DNA of 64,000 nucleotides from Mogibacterium sp. (GTDB lineage Bacteria > Bacillota > Clostridia > Peptostreptococcales > Anaerovoracaceae), in the NCBI GenBank assembly GCA_017405845.1, contig JAFQZQ010000017.1, positions 6,855 through 70,854 of the forward strand, given 5' to 3'. The translations under genes were made by a program, and so were the position numbers. Shown one piece after another: positions 54,024 through 63,131 of the stretch. The notes under the pieces are model-generated. The model was given only the letters and a program-made list of their open reading frames with translations. It was not told the DNA's origin and did no database searches. Each line of letters opens with the position of its first letter. Position 1 is the first letter of the stretch.

Positions 54024-55185
54024 CTATTTCTTCAGACTCTACGGCATTCTTAACGAGAGTCTCCACATCGAGCGCAGACTCGGATCTTTCGATGCGCTCT
54101 TTCTTCGGCTTGGTCACCGGATGCTTAGGCAGGAACACCGTGCAGCAATCCTCATAAGGCTGTATCGAGATATCATAGGTGCCTATCTCACGGGCCTTAT
54201 CCATAATGTCCACCTTGTCCATGGCTATCAGCGGTCTCATTACCGGCATCTCTACAACGCTGTCGGTAACCACGAGAGCTTCTGCGGTCTGACTTGCCAC
54301 CTGTCCGAGATCCTCACCCGTTATAAGCATCATGCAGCGGTTCTTCAGCGCTATCTGCTCTGCGATCCTCATCATGAAGCGCCTTACGAGAAGTGTTGTC
54401 TCGTCCTCAGGGCAGTTCTTTACGATCTCTTCCTGTATAGGCAGCAGGTTTATAACGTGCATCCTTACAGTGCCCATGTAGCCCGCAAGAGTCCTTACAA
54501 GTTCTTCAACCTTGCGCTGTGCCCTCTGGCTGGTATACGGATATGAATGAAAGTGCACTGCCTCGATGCTCATTCCGCGCTTTGCCATCATGAATGCCGC
54601 AACAGGACTGTCTATTCCGCCGCTCATAAGGATGAGTCCCTTTCCATTGGTTCCGAGAGGAAGTCCTCCGAAGCCGCGGATCTTGTCCCTGAATATGTAT
54701 GCGCCTTCGCGTCTCACATCGACTGTCAGAACGCAGTCAGGATTGTGAACATCTACGTTCAGCACCTTGCATGCCTTCAGTACCATGCCGCCTACCTGTC
54801 TGGCTATCTCAGGCGACTCTATTGCGAACGATTTGTCGGCTCTTTTGCCCTTTACCTTGAAGGTCTTGATATCCTCTTCTTCGATTACCTTCTGCATGAA
54901 TTCAGCAGCCCTGCGGCCAATCTCATTGATATCCTTAGGCGCTTCGACAGCCGGGCTTACAGAAGCAACTCCGAATACTCTAACGCACTTTGAGATGACC
55001 TCATCTTCAGGGATCTCTGCAGGAACTCTGACAAACATCAGACCTTCGATCCATTTAGCCTCTGCCCCATCATAGCAGGACAGCGCATTCTTTACTCTCT
55101 CAAGAAGAACACGCTCAAAGTACGGCTTATTCATGCCTTTAAGTGCGACTTCACCGCACCTTACAATATACAGATTCTTTTCCAT
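54007..55185 (-). CDS. thiI: tRNA 4-thiouridine synthase ThiI
   Basis: Start set to ATG 55185 (MEKNLYIVRCGEVALKG). THUMP domain and PP-loop SGGIDSPVA. 392 aa. Confidence 0.9.
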   Translation of the reverse strand: MEKNLYIVRCGEVALKGMNKPYFERVLLERVKNALSCYDGAEAKWIEGLMFVRVPAEIPEDEVISKCVRVFGVASVSPAVEAPKDINEIGRRAAEFMQKVIEEEDIKTFKVKGKRADKSFAIESPEIARQVGGMVLKACKVLNVDVHNPDCVLTVDVRREGAYIFRDKIRGFGGLPLGTNGKGLILMSGGIDSPVAAFMMAKRGMSIEAVHFHSYPYTSQRAQRKVEELVRTLAGYMGTVRMHVINLLPIQEEIVKNCPEDETTLLVRRFMMRIAEQIALKNRCMMLITGEDLGQVASQTAEALVVTDSVVEMPVMRPLIAMDKVDIMDKAREIGTYDISIQPYEDCCTVFLPKHPVTKPKKERIERSESALDVETLVKNAVESEEIVEIRP

Positions 55186-55204
55186 TACTATCTTTCCTGT
55201 TGAT

Positions 55205-56389
55205 TTAGCGGAAGCTTCCAAGTCTGCGGAAACGTTCGACAGCTTTCTTTGTACGGTCTATAACGTAATCCATCTCTTCTACGGTGTTGAACTCAGAAAA
55301 GCTGAACCTTATAGCTCCTTCTATTTCTTTGTGTGTCATCGACATGGCCTGAAGCACATGGCTGTCGCCGGTCTTATGCGAAGAGCAGGCGGAGCCGGTA
55401 GAAACATAAATGCCGTCCTGCTCCAGTGTGTGCAGGAGCACCTCACCGCGCGTTCCTTCGAAGGTGATGTTCAGCACCCCCGGACAGCGTTTACCATGCT
55501 CATGCAGGGTATATCCAAGCTCCTCAGGGCCATTAACGATTATATTGCTTATTTCAGATTTGAGTCCGCTCAGAAGGTAGTTGTTCACTATGCCCATGCG
55601 GCTCGATTTCATCATGAGATCTGAGCAGGACATACGGGCTGCCAGTCCCATGCCTGCGATTCCCGGTGTATTCTCTGTTGATGATCTGAATCCGCCTTCC
55701 TGTCCGCCTCCGATTATAAGTGCCGGCAGGTTGTGGCGCTTCTTCATATAGAGGAAACCCATGCCCTTAGGCCCATGAAACTTGTGCGCGCTTGCAGATA
55801 TGAGGTCTGCATCGATATCGTCGAGAGGAAGCTTGCCGAAAGCCTGCACAGCATCTGTATGGAACATTATATCCGTGCCGTGCTTTCTGTTGTACTCTCT
55901 GACAGTGCGTCCGACAGGTATAACAGGCTCTATAGTTCCGACTTCGTTGTTGACAGCCATTATGGAGACGATAATCGTGTTTTCGTCAAGTGCTGCCTTC
56001 ACAACCTGTTCTTCGACGTATCCGTCGACATCGACATCAAGGTATACGATCTCAAAGCCGTCTTCCTTTAGCCTTTTACATGTCTCAATTACTGCAGGAT
56101 GCTCAACTTTGGTAGTTATTATCTTGTTGCCGCGGCGTTTCAGTTTGCGCGCAGACGAGAGCAGTGCCATGTTGTCGCTCTCGGTGCCGCCTGAGGTGAA
56201 GATGACATGGCCCGCAGGCGGCAGCAGATCTTCGATCTGCCTGCGCGCATCGTAAAGCAGGTTGCCCGCTTCAAATCCGAGGGCATGCAAAGATGAAGGG
56301 TTGCCAAAGTTCTCTTTGGCAGCCCTGTACATCAAATCCGTCACTTCATCGTACTGTCTTGTTGTTGCACTATTATCAAGATATATCAT
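55205..56389 (-). CDS. iscS: cysteine desulfurase (class V aminotransferase, NifS/IscS type)
   Basis: 394 aa. PLP-lysine motif SAHKFHGPKGMG and active-site Cys motif STGSACSS. The ATG shares one base with the rny stop (TAATG). Confidence 0.9.
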   Translation of the reverse strand: MIYLDNSATTRQYDEVTDLMYRAAKENFGNPSSLHALGFEAGNLLYDARRQIEDLLPPAGHVIFTSGGTESDNMALLSSARKLKRRGNKIITTKVEHPAVIETCKRLKEDGFEIVYLDVDVDGYVEEQVVKAALDENTIIVSIMAVNNEVGTIEPVIPVGRTVREYNRKHGTDIMFHTDAVQAFGKLPLDDIDADLISASAHKFHGPKGMGFLYMKKRHNLPALIIGGGQEGGFRSSTENTPGIAGMGLAARMSCSDLMMKSSRMGIVNNYLLSGLKSEISNIIVNGPEELGYTLHEHGKRCPGVLNITFEGTRGEVLLHTLEQDGIYVSTGSACSSHKTGDSHVLQAMSMTHKEIEGAIRFSFSEFNTVEEMDYVIDRTKKAVERFRRLGSFR

Positions 56390-57930
56390 TACTTCGCGTA
56401 ATCCGTAGCCCTTGTCTCTCTGATAACATTGACCTTGATCTGTCCAGGATACTCGAGTTCTGCCTCGATCTTCTTGGCGATCTCTCTTGCCAGCATAGGT
56501 ACTTCATCGTCCTTGACCTGGTTAGGCTTGACTGCGACTCTGATCTCACGTCCGGCCTGGATCGCATATGACTTCTCAACGCCCTTTGTGGTATTAGCGA
56601 TATTCTCAAGATTCTCAAGTCTCTTGATGTAGGACTCAAGTGTTTCTCTTCTGGCTCCAGGTCTTGCAGCAGACAGTGCATCAGCAGCTGCTACCAGCAT
56701 GGCCTCGAGTGTAGTAGGTTCAACGTCACCGTGATGTGCCTCAACTGCGTTGATTACCTTCCAGGACTCCTTGTACTTCTTGCAGATGTTGACTCCGATC
56801 TCGACATGTGTGCCCTCGACTTCGTGGTCGATAGCCTTGCCGATATCGTGCAGGAGTCCGCCTCTTCTGGCAAGCCTTGGGTCGAGTCCGAGCTCTTCTG
56901 CCATCATGCCTGCTAATGTAGAAACTTCGATGGAGTGCTGGAGCACATTCTGTCCGTATGAAGTTCTGTACTTAAGTCTTCCGATGAGTCTGACCATCTC
57001 CGGATTGAGGTTGTGCACGCCTGTTTCGAAGCATGCTCTCTCTCCTTCTTCCTTGATGATGGTATTGACTTCCTTAGTAGCCTTCTGGACCATCTCTTCG
57101 ATCCTTGCCGGATGAATACGTCCGTCAACGATCAGTTTCTCAAGAGCGATCCTTGCGATTTCTCTTCTGACAGGATCGAATCCCGAAAGTATAACTGCCT
57201 CAGGAGTGTCGTCGATGATGAGATCAACTCCGGTCAGAGTCTCGATCGCTCTGATGTTACGGCCTTCTCTTCCGATGATGCGGCCCTTCATGTCGTCGTT
57301 TGGCAGGCTGACTACCGAAACCGTAGTCTCTGTGACCTGATCCGAAGCGTATCTCTGGATCGCAGTCGTGATGATTTCTCTGGCTCTCTTGTCAGCTTCT
57401 TCCTTTGCTTCGTTTTCGATGTTTACGATCATTTCGGAAGCATCTTTGCGAATGTCAGTTTCGAGTTCCTGAAGGAGCAGGTGTTTCGCTTCTTCTCTTG
57501 TGTAACCTGAGATTCTCTCAAGTTCCTCTACCTGCTTCTGCAGATAAGCATCGATTTCTTTGTGTTTTTCGTTCATCGACTGCTCTCTCTTTGTGAGATT
57601 GTTCTCACGCTTCTCGATACTCTCGAGCTTGCAGTCGATGTTCTCTTCTTTCTGAAGTATCCTTCTCTCAGCCTTTGTGACCTCGGCTCTTCTGCCTTTG
57701 AGCTCACCTTCGTATTCTTCTCTCAGCTTATGTATTTCCTCTTTTGCCTCAAGTACTTTCTCTTTCTTGAGGTTCTCGACAGTATTCTGCGCGTCCAGAA
57801 TCATGTTTCTGGCCTGCTGTTCTGCGCTGCCTATGGCCTTTTCTCCGACGTTCTTACGAAGTATGTAACCAATTGCTATACCGACGATAAGGACTACAAT
57901 GCTGATCACAACAGCTAAAACTGGTGACAT
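56389..57930 (-). CDS. rny: ribonuclease Y
   Basis: Start set to ATG 57930 ([22 protein letters not shown]...) with an AAGGAGG RBS. N-terminal TM helix, coiled coil, KH domain ([13 protein letters not shown]) and HD domain (LLHDIGKA). Confidence 0.93.
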   Translation of the reverse strand: MSPVLAVVISIVVLIVGIAIGYILRKNVGEKAIGSAEQQARNMILDAQNTVENLKKEKVLEAKEEIHKLREEYEGELKGRRAEVTKAERRILQKEENIDCKLESIEKRENNLTKREQSMNEKHKEIDAYLQKQVEELERISGYTREEAKHLLLQELETDIRKDASEMIVNIENEAKEEADKRAREIITTAIQRYASDQVTETTVSVVSLPNDDMKGRIIGREGRNIRAIETLTGVDLIIDDTPEAVILSGFDPVRREIARIALEKLIVDGRIHPARIEEMVQKATKEVNTIIKEEGERACFETGVHNLNPEMVRLIGRLKYRTSYGQNVLQHSIEVSTLAGMMAEELGLDPRLARRGGLLHDIGKAIDHEVEGTHVEIGVNICKKYKESWKVINAVEAHHGDVEPTTLEAMLVAAADALSAARPGARRETLESYIKRLENLENIANTTKGVEKSYAIQAGREIRVAVKPNQVKDDEVPMLAREIAKKIEAELEYPGQIKVNVIRETRATDYAK

Positions 57931-58067
57931 AAGCACCTCCTTATCAATTATTTGGATTTGTAGTATATACATTATCTACGCTATACGCTGTAAATTTGCT
58001 TTATATAGGGTCTGTAACGCCTCTATGATACAACATATGCGGTTAGATGACATAAACATACATAGAT

Positions 58068-58096
58068 ATTATACATAAGCCTTGTAGTCCAGTCAA
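58068..58096 (-). promoter_or_regulatory. near-consensus sigma-A promoter for rny-iscS-thiI
   Basis: Minus strand TTGACT (58096-58091), 17 nt, TATAAT (58073-58068). It implies a ~130-nt leader before the rny ATG. Confidence 0.55.
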
Positions 58097-59269
58097 TTAC
58101 AAAAGCTTTCTGTATTTCCAGAACGAATAGTACTTCTTTCCTTTAACCAGTTTATAAGCTCTTACCCTTACCTTTGTATACTTTGACCGGCTCACATTTC
58201 TGAATGTTTTGCTTAAGCTGTTTCTTCCTTTGACAAAGACACTTTTATATACTACATAGCTTATCATGTCGCTGTCATCATTGGAGTAACGTATCAGCTG
58301 CACCTGATATCCGCTGCAGTTGGCAACTTTCTGCCATCTTACATAAGCTTTTGTTCCGCTTTTCCGCGCATATGTTATTTTTGCCGGTTTTTTCGGTATG
58401 ATCTCAAAGCTTCCTCTTATTGAGCCTCTATAGTCCCCTTTTCCTTTGAGGGTATATGTATATCTTCCTACCGACTTTCTGGTGGTTTGTCCGTATACGA
58501 TCTTAAACTCGGTACCCAGATCAGCATCATTTATTCCCAGATCCAGGTTAGTAAGAGTCTTCTGTTTTCCGTTATACACCTTTTTTATATTTCCTAAGCC
58601 CGCCAGTCCGGATATGTTGTAGCTCCTGACCGTTGCGTTACCAAAGAAATTGCCGTTATGGATCTGTATCCTGTGATTCAAAGTCAAAGACTCATACTTA
58701 TCCAAAAAGCCTGAAGCTATGGTGACTGTATCACCCTCTATCGTGTACTCACCGTTTTTAAGATGATAGTCTTCATTGTAAAACCATACATCTGCATCCG
58801 TAAGATCTACCGGCAGATCCGCCTTCAGCGAAACCGATCTGTCAGCATTCTTTACTTTTGTGAAGTGCAATTCTTTACGGCTTACGTAATAATCCGCATT
58901 GAGAGATCCGCTGCAGTCCCCCTTACCGACTACAGTCAGGGATTTGTTACCTGCGCTGATACAGTCATCAGGGTATACCACAGAATAATCATCAGGAGAT
59001 AAGGTGTACTTTTCTCTCCAGTAATCATCCCAGTCATCCGACATATAATTCTCATATGTTCTGTAGTAATCATCCATGTCACACCAGAACTCATCATTTA
59101 CCACGATGACTTCCGGCTTTACTTCGTTCCCTGTATAGGGGTACCAGTCATCCGTAAACAAGACCGAATAACCGGAGTTCAGATCAACAGGAGCAGCGAA
59201 AGAGACCGTTGACGTAAAAACGCCAACGGTCAATATGATAAGTATGATTGAAATCAGTCTTTTGATCAC
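58097..59269 (-). CDS. hypothetical secreted/cell-surface protein with Ig-like repeats and a C-terminal FN3-like domain
   Basis: ORF-track 58097..59317. I prefer GTG 59269 (VIKRLISIILIILTVGVFTSTVSFA|APVD signal peptide) because AAGGAGAG lies 5 nt upstream. Repeated motif 'Y..KGKGDY.GS..G.F.I.P'. C-terminal SGYQVQ...VRVRAYK...YYSFW resembles FN3. Hand-counted GC is about 32-38% in two 60-nt samples versus 45-50% in the neighbours. Confidence 0.75.
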   Translation of the reverse strand: MIKRLISIILIILTVGVFTSTVSFAAPVDLNSGYSVLFTDDWYPYTGNEVKPEVIVVNDEFWCDMDDYYRTYENYMSDDWDDYWREKYTLSPDDYSVVYPDDCISAGNKSLTVVGKGDCSGSLNADYYVSRKELHFTKVKNADRSVSLKADLPVDLTDADVWFYNEDYHLKNGEYTIEGDTVTIASGFLDKYESLTLNHRIQIHNGNFFGNATVRSYNISGLAGLGNIKKVYNGKQKTLTNLDLGINDADLGTEFKIVYGQTTRKSVGRYTYTLKGKGDYRGSIRGSFEIIPKKPAKITYARKSGTKAYVRWQKVANCSGYQVQLIRYSNDDSDMISYVVYKSVFVKGRNSLSKTFRNVSRSKYTKVRVRAYKLVKGKKYYSFWKYRKLL

Positions 59270-59288
59270 TGTTTCTCTCCTTGTTTTA

Positions 59289-60923
59289 CTAAAGGTTTTC
59301 AATAACAACGTCTGCATCCGACGGTGTATCTATGTACTTGATACCGCGCTTTTCGCGGGTCTCACGTCCCTTGCCCGGCAAGAACAGAATTGTATCGTCA
59401 TCCATCAGGGTTATGGCCTTCTTTATCGCCTCTACTCTGTCGATGATTATCTCACAGCTTCCTCCGGCAGCCTTAACAAAGCCTGCTATCTCACTGCAGA
59501 TCTTGTTGACATCTTCTTCGCCGTAATCCTCCTCGGTGATTATCGAGTGGGTGCAATGCTGTCCGGCTATGGTGCCAAGCTCCTCGCGCCTTGCGAAAGC
59601 CTTTCCTCCCGGGCAGCCGAATACGATCATCATCTTCTTATCAGGAAACTCATCTTTGATAGTCTCGAAGAACTTTTCGTAGCTGAGCTTGTTGTGCGCG
59701 TAGTCTACTATAGCGATGCGCTTTCCGTCCTTGCTGTAGAACACCTCCATGCGTCCCGGTGACTTTGCCTTCGCAAGACCGCTCTTTACATATTCGAGCG
59801 GTACTCCCAGAAGCGCCGAAAGAGAAATAGCAGCCAGAGCATTCTCCACATTAATGGTTCCGAATGTGCCCAGAGCGAATTCTTCATCAAAGTCATCATA
59901 GCCTTCTATCGATCTGCCCCTTGCTCTGAACGTGACCTTTCCCTCGCAGGATCTCACGTTATACCCAAACACATCAGCACTCTCATCATTCTGGCTGAAG
60001 GTGATCACATAAGGACAATCCGCCGACGCAGCTTTGATACGTTCCTGCTCCTCGCAGTCCAGGTTGATGCACGCCTTACGGCAGTGCCCAAAGAGTCTCA
60101 GTTTCGCTTCAAGGTAATCATTGAAATCAGGATGCTCTATCGCGCTAATATGATCGCTTCCTATGTTAAGGAAGGCTCCTGCAGCGAACTCCACGCCAGT
60201 TACCCTGTCGTATTTAAGGGCCTGGCTCGATACTTCCATTGTCATGTAGCTGATACCGCTGTTTAATGCATTGTTCATGTGCTGGTATAGCTCCATGATT
60301 TCAGGAGTAGTAAGGTGCGATTCCTCCTCTATAACACCGTCGTAATTGTCAATGCCCGAACAGATGGCACTCCTGCGTCCTCCTGTACCGGCCATGTAAT
60401 CATCGAGTATGTACCTCATAAAGTAAGCGGTAGTCGATTTGCCTTTTGTGCCGGTAATGCCTACCACAGTGAGATCATCTGAAAGCTTGCCGTAGAATGT
60501 TTCAGCTATTACAGGCATTGCCTTGCGGATGTCTCTTACCCATATATCCAGGCAGCTGTTCTTTGCCTTATCACAGATACGCCTTCCGGCAGCCTTTGCT
60601 TCCTCATCGCTGACCAGTCTGCAGTCAGCGGTCTCAGGAGCATCCGGGTCTTCTCTTACGTAACAAACAGCATCGCTTTCAATCGCATCGTTCAGATACT
60701 GTTCTCTGAAGTGAGCTCCTTTCACAACAAAAAGAGTGCCTTCCGCAGCCTCTCTTGAATTGTATGTTATGCCTTTTACGTCAACAGCTCCGAGCTCTTT
60801 CATTTCCGGAACCGTGTAAAATGCCATAATAGCGCTGCATGAAGGCTCTCCTCCTACTGAAGTGAGCAATCCTTCCATTCCCAGCGAATCTATGAAATCC
60901 TGAATCGTAACTTTTCTACTCAT
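59289..60923 (-). CDS. murE: UDP-N-acetylmuramoyl-L-alanyl-D-glutamate--(2,6-diaminopimelate or L-lysine) ligase MurE
   Basis: 544 aa. Mur ligase ATP-binding motif GITGTKGKSTT and central and C-terminal Mur ligase domains. Amino-acid specificity cannot be determined from the sequence alone. Confidence 0.88.
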   Translation of the reverse strand: MSRKVTIQDFIDSLGMEGLLTSVGGEPSCSAIMAFYTVPEMKELGAVDVKGITYNSREAAEGTLFVVKGAHFREQYLNDAIESDAVCYVREDPDAPETADCRLVSDEEAKAAGRRICDKAKNSCLDIWVRDIRKAMPVIAETFYGKLSDDLTVVGITGTKGKSTTAYFMRYILDDYMAGTGGRRSAICSGIDNYDGVIEEESHLTTPEIMELYQHMNNALNSGISYMTMEVSSQALKYDRVTGVEFAAGAFLNIGSDHISAIEHPDFNDYLEAKLRLFGHCRKACINLDCEEQERIKAASADCPYVITFSQNDESADVFGYNVRSCEGKVTFRARGRSIEGYDDFDEEFALGTFGTINVENALAAISLSALLGVPLEYVKSGLAKAKSPGRMEVFYSKDGKRIAIVDYAHNKLSYEKFFETIKDEFPDKKMMIVFGCPGGKAFARREELGTIAGQHCTHSIITEEDYGEEDVNKICSEIAGFVKAAGGSCEIIIDRVEAIKKAITLMDDDTILFLPGKGRETREKRGIKYIDTPSDADVVIENL

Positions 60924-60933
60924 ACTGTTTCTT

Positions 60934-61620
60934 CTAATCTCCGAAGTATCCTTCTGATTTCATGCTTGTAAAACAGCCGTTTCCGACTATCACATGATCA
61001 ATCAGCCTTATCCCAAGTATCTCCGACGCGCTTATCAGTCTTTTTGTGACTTCGATGTCCTGTGGACTCGGCGCCGGATCTCCGCTCGGGTGGTTATGCG
61101 CAACGACTACTGCCGCCGCTCCACGTCTTATTGCCGGTCCGAAGACCTCCCTTGGATGTACAGGTGCGCTGTCGATATTTCCGATAGATATTACCGATTT
61201 TGACTCCACCTGCAGTTTGGAGTTGAGATTGAGTGTCATGAAAAGCTCCCGCTTTTCGTACATCATCTCCTCCATAAGCAAATCTGCCACTTGCCTGCTG
61301 TCTCTTATCCTTTCTTTTACAGCCCCCTGATGGTCAGATATAAGCCTTTTTGAGAGTTCTATAGCCGCCACTATCGAGCAGGCCTTTGCCTCTCCTATGC
61401 CATCGATCTCAGTCAGTTCCCTTACTTCTGCCGCCCCCAGTCCGCCGGTATTGTCATTGGCATAACTTATCACCTCGTCTGCCAGCCTTACGGCTGACTT
61501 GTCACCGGTTCCCGTCCTGATGATCAGCGCGAGGAGTTCTGAATTGCTGAGACCTCCCGCTCCCCCATAGAGCATCTTCTCCTGCGGCCTCTCAGCCTCA
61601 GGCATCTTCTTTATCTGCAT
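60934..61620 (-). CDS. radC: RadC-family JAMM/MPN+ protein (UPF0758)
   Basis: Start set to ATG 61620 (MQIKKMPEAERPQEKM...) with an AAGGAG RBS. HhH region and JAMM motif VVAHNHPSGDPAPSPQD. Confidence 0.88.
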   Translation of the reverse strand: MQIKKMPEAERPQEKMLYGGAGGLSNSELLALIIRTGTGDKSAVRLADEVISYANDNTGGLGAAEVRELTEIDGIGEAKACSIVAAIELSKRLISDHQGAVKERIRDSRQVADLLMEEMMYEKRELFMTLNLNSKLQVESKSVISIGNIDSAPVHPREVFGPAIRRGAAAVVVAHNHPSGDPAPSPQDIEVTKRLISASEILGIRLIDHVIVGNGCFTSMKSEGYFGD

Positions 61621-61665
61621 ATTTACTCCTTTCCGGAGCACACATGCTAATAATACTACTTTAAA

Positions 61666-61689
61666 AGCCACATCCACAAGGACGTGGCT
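61666..61689 (-). terminator. rho-independent terminator after cmk
   Basis: Minus strand AGCCACGUCC-uugu-GGAUGUGGCU (10 bp, one G.U pair) followed by UUUAAAGU. Confidence 0.55.
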
Positions 61690-61713
61690 CGATGTTTATG
61701 TGCCATATCGACG

Positions 61714-62376
61714 TTACGAGCTGCGTCCCGTCCTGGCGGTTATTATGTCTGCTACTGCATCGATATTCTCCTCAAGCGACATGTCTGAGGTATCGAGAAA
61801 AACAGCGTCATCAGCTGCACGCAGAGGGCTTACCTCGCGATGGGAATCCTGATAATCCCTCGCCTGTGTTTCCCTGAAAATAGTGTCATAATCCGCTTCC
61901 TTGCCGGCAGCCAGAAGCTGTTCGTAGCGTCTTTTTGCTCTGACTTCCGGTGAAGCTGTCATAAAGATCTTTACCTCAGCATCAGGAATGACAGTTGCGC
62001 CTATGTCTCTGCCTTCCATTACTACGTCCTTTGTAGAAGCCAGATGACGGCTCACTTCATCTACCTTTGCCCTTACGATGGCAAGCTTTGATATATTTGA
62101 AGCAGCCATGGATATTTCATTGGTTCTGATGAAGCCGCTGACATCTTCTCCATCAAGGTGTGTGTGTCCGCCGACAAAGTCAATGGTAGTGTCAGCGAGC
62201 ATCTCTCTTACAGCATCCTCATTAAACTCATCCACGCCGTTTCTGCGTGCCTTAAGGCCAAGCGCTCTGTACATGGCGCCTGTGTCAATGTATTCAAGTC
62301 CAAAGCGGGCAGCAACAGCCTTGGCAATTGTGCTCTTTCCCGTACCTCCCGGACCGTCTATTGCAACTCTGAGCAT
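61714..62376 (-). CDS. cmk: cytidylate kinase
   Basis: 220 aa. P-loop IDGPGGTGKST and the typical Cmk core. Confidence 0.92.
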   Translation of the reverse strand: MLRVAIDGPGGTGKSTIAKAVAARFGLEYIDTGAMYRALGLKARRNGVDEFNEDAVREMLADTTIDFVGGHTHLDGEDVSGFIRTNEISMAASNISKLAIVRAKVDEVSRHLASTKDVVMEGRDIGATVIPDAEVKIFMTASPEVRAKRRYEQLLAAGKEADYDTIFRETQARDYQDSHREVSPLRAADDAVFLDTSDMSLEENIDAVADIITARTGRSS

Positions 62377-62396
62377 AACAACTTTTCCTTCCGGTT

Positions 62397-62855
62397 TTAT
62401 TTTTTGCCCTTAGTGAGCTTGTTGATCTCATCGATGAATGTATCGATGGTCTGAAATTCTCTGTATACTGATGCAAATCTTACATAAGCAACCTGATCTA
62501 TAGCCTTGAGCTCTTCCATAATGAGAAGGCCGATACTTGTCGATTGAATCTCCTTCTCCATCGTATTCGAAAGTCCGCGCTCAATATTGTCTGCTATCCT
62601 CTGAACATCCTCGTAAGTGACCTTAGTCTTCTGGCAGGCCTTCATAATGCCGTTGATGATCTTGTTTTTGTCAAAGCTCTCGCGAGTGCCGTCCTTCTTT
62701 ACGACCACAAGAAGGGAATTCTCGATCTTCTCAAAAGTCGTAAATCTTTTTTTGCACTTAGTGCACTCACGTCTTCTTCTTGTAGCCAGTCCATCCTCAA
62801 CAGGCCTGGAGTCCACTACCTTCGTGTCCTCGAAATTGCAGTAAGGGCATTTCAT
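62397..62855 (-). CDS. nrdR: transcriptional repressor NrdR
   Basis: Start set to ATG 62855 (MKCPYCNFEDTKVVDSR) with a GGAGGAA RBS. Zinc ribbon CPYC...CTKC plus an ATP-cone domain. Confidence 0.93.
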   Translation of the reverse strand: MKCPYCNFEDTKVVDSRPVEDGLATRRRRECTKCKKRFTTFEKIENSLLVVVKKDGTRESFDKNKIINGIMKACQKTKVTYEDVQRIADNIERGLSNTMEKEIQSTSIGLLIMEELKAIDQVAYVRFASVYREFQTIDTFIDEINKLTKGKK

Positions 62856-62917
62856 ATCGATTTCCTCCATAATTGCCGCACGAATAGCGGCTCATTTTCG
62901 TTTGTAAACCGATATTA

Positions 62918-62933
62918 TCACAATATATTGTGG
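62918..62933. promoter_or_regulatory. NrdR-box-like 16-bp palindrome upstream of nrdR
   Basis: tCACAATATATTGTGg. The 14-bp core is a perfect palindrome and matches 14/16 positions of the published NrdR-box consensus (approx. ACACWATATATWGTGT). It overlaps a candidate -10 (TATATT, 62927-62922 rc) paired with TTAAGA (62950-62945 rc) at 17-nt spacing. Confidence 0.55.
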
Positions 62934-63094
62934 TAGTGTTCTCTTCTTAACAGAAATTGAGCAATGTGAAAAATGCTTCACATTTACTCGATAATCTCAT
63001 CACAATAAGATGTTACACTATTAGTGTCGAAGCAATCGACAATTTTACCTTTTTCTTTTGATTGTTCTTTCTTAGTTAGATATTTTCGCAACAT

Positions 63095-63122
63095 AAAACT
63101 CCGGCCGTGAGGCCGGAGTTTT
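63095..63122 (-). terminator. rho-independent terminator after the ABC ATPase gene
   Basis: AAAACUCCGGCC-4 nt loop-GGCCGGAGUUUU perfect stem with flanking A/U runs (bidirectional geometry). Confidence 0.75.
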
Positions 63123-63131
63123 ATTGTTATG

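Noticed and set aside
62963-62984. Interpretation of AATGTGAA-N6-TTCACATT as a Rex or CRP/FNR site.
   Set aside because: The half-sites resemble TTGTGAA/TTCACAA (Rex) and TGTGA/TCACA (CRP). However, the spacing here is TGTGA-N8-TCACA, which fits neither Rex (4-nt gap between 7-mers) nor CRP (N6). It is kept only as an unassigned inverted repeat.
62984-63094. A 36-codon minus-strand ORF (MLRKYLTKKEQSKEKGKIVDCFDTNSVTSYCDEIIE) in the nrdR upstream region. Its ATG sits in the U-tail of the ABC-gene terminator.
   Set aside because: Its only SD-like sequence is the 3' arm of the terminator stem. The region is AT-rich, so a 36-codon open frame can arise by chance. It also spans the palindromes, which are better explained as operator sites. 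It would need Ribo-seq or conservation evidence.
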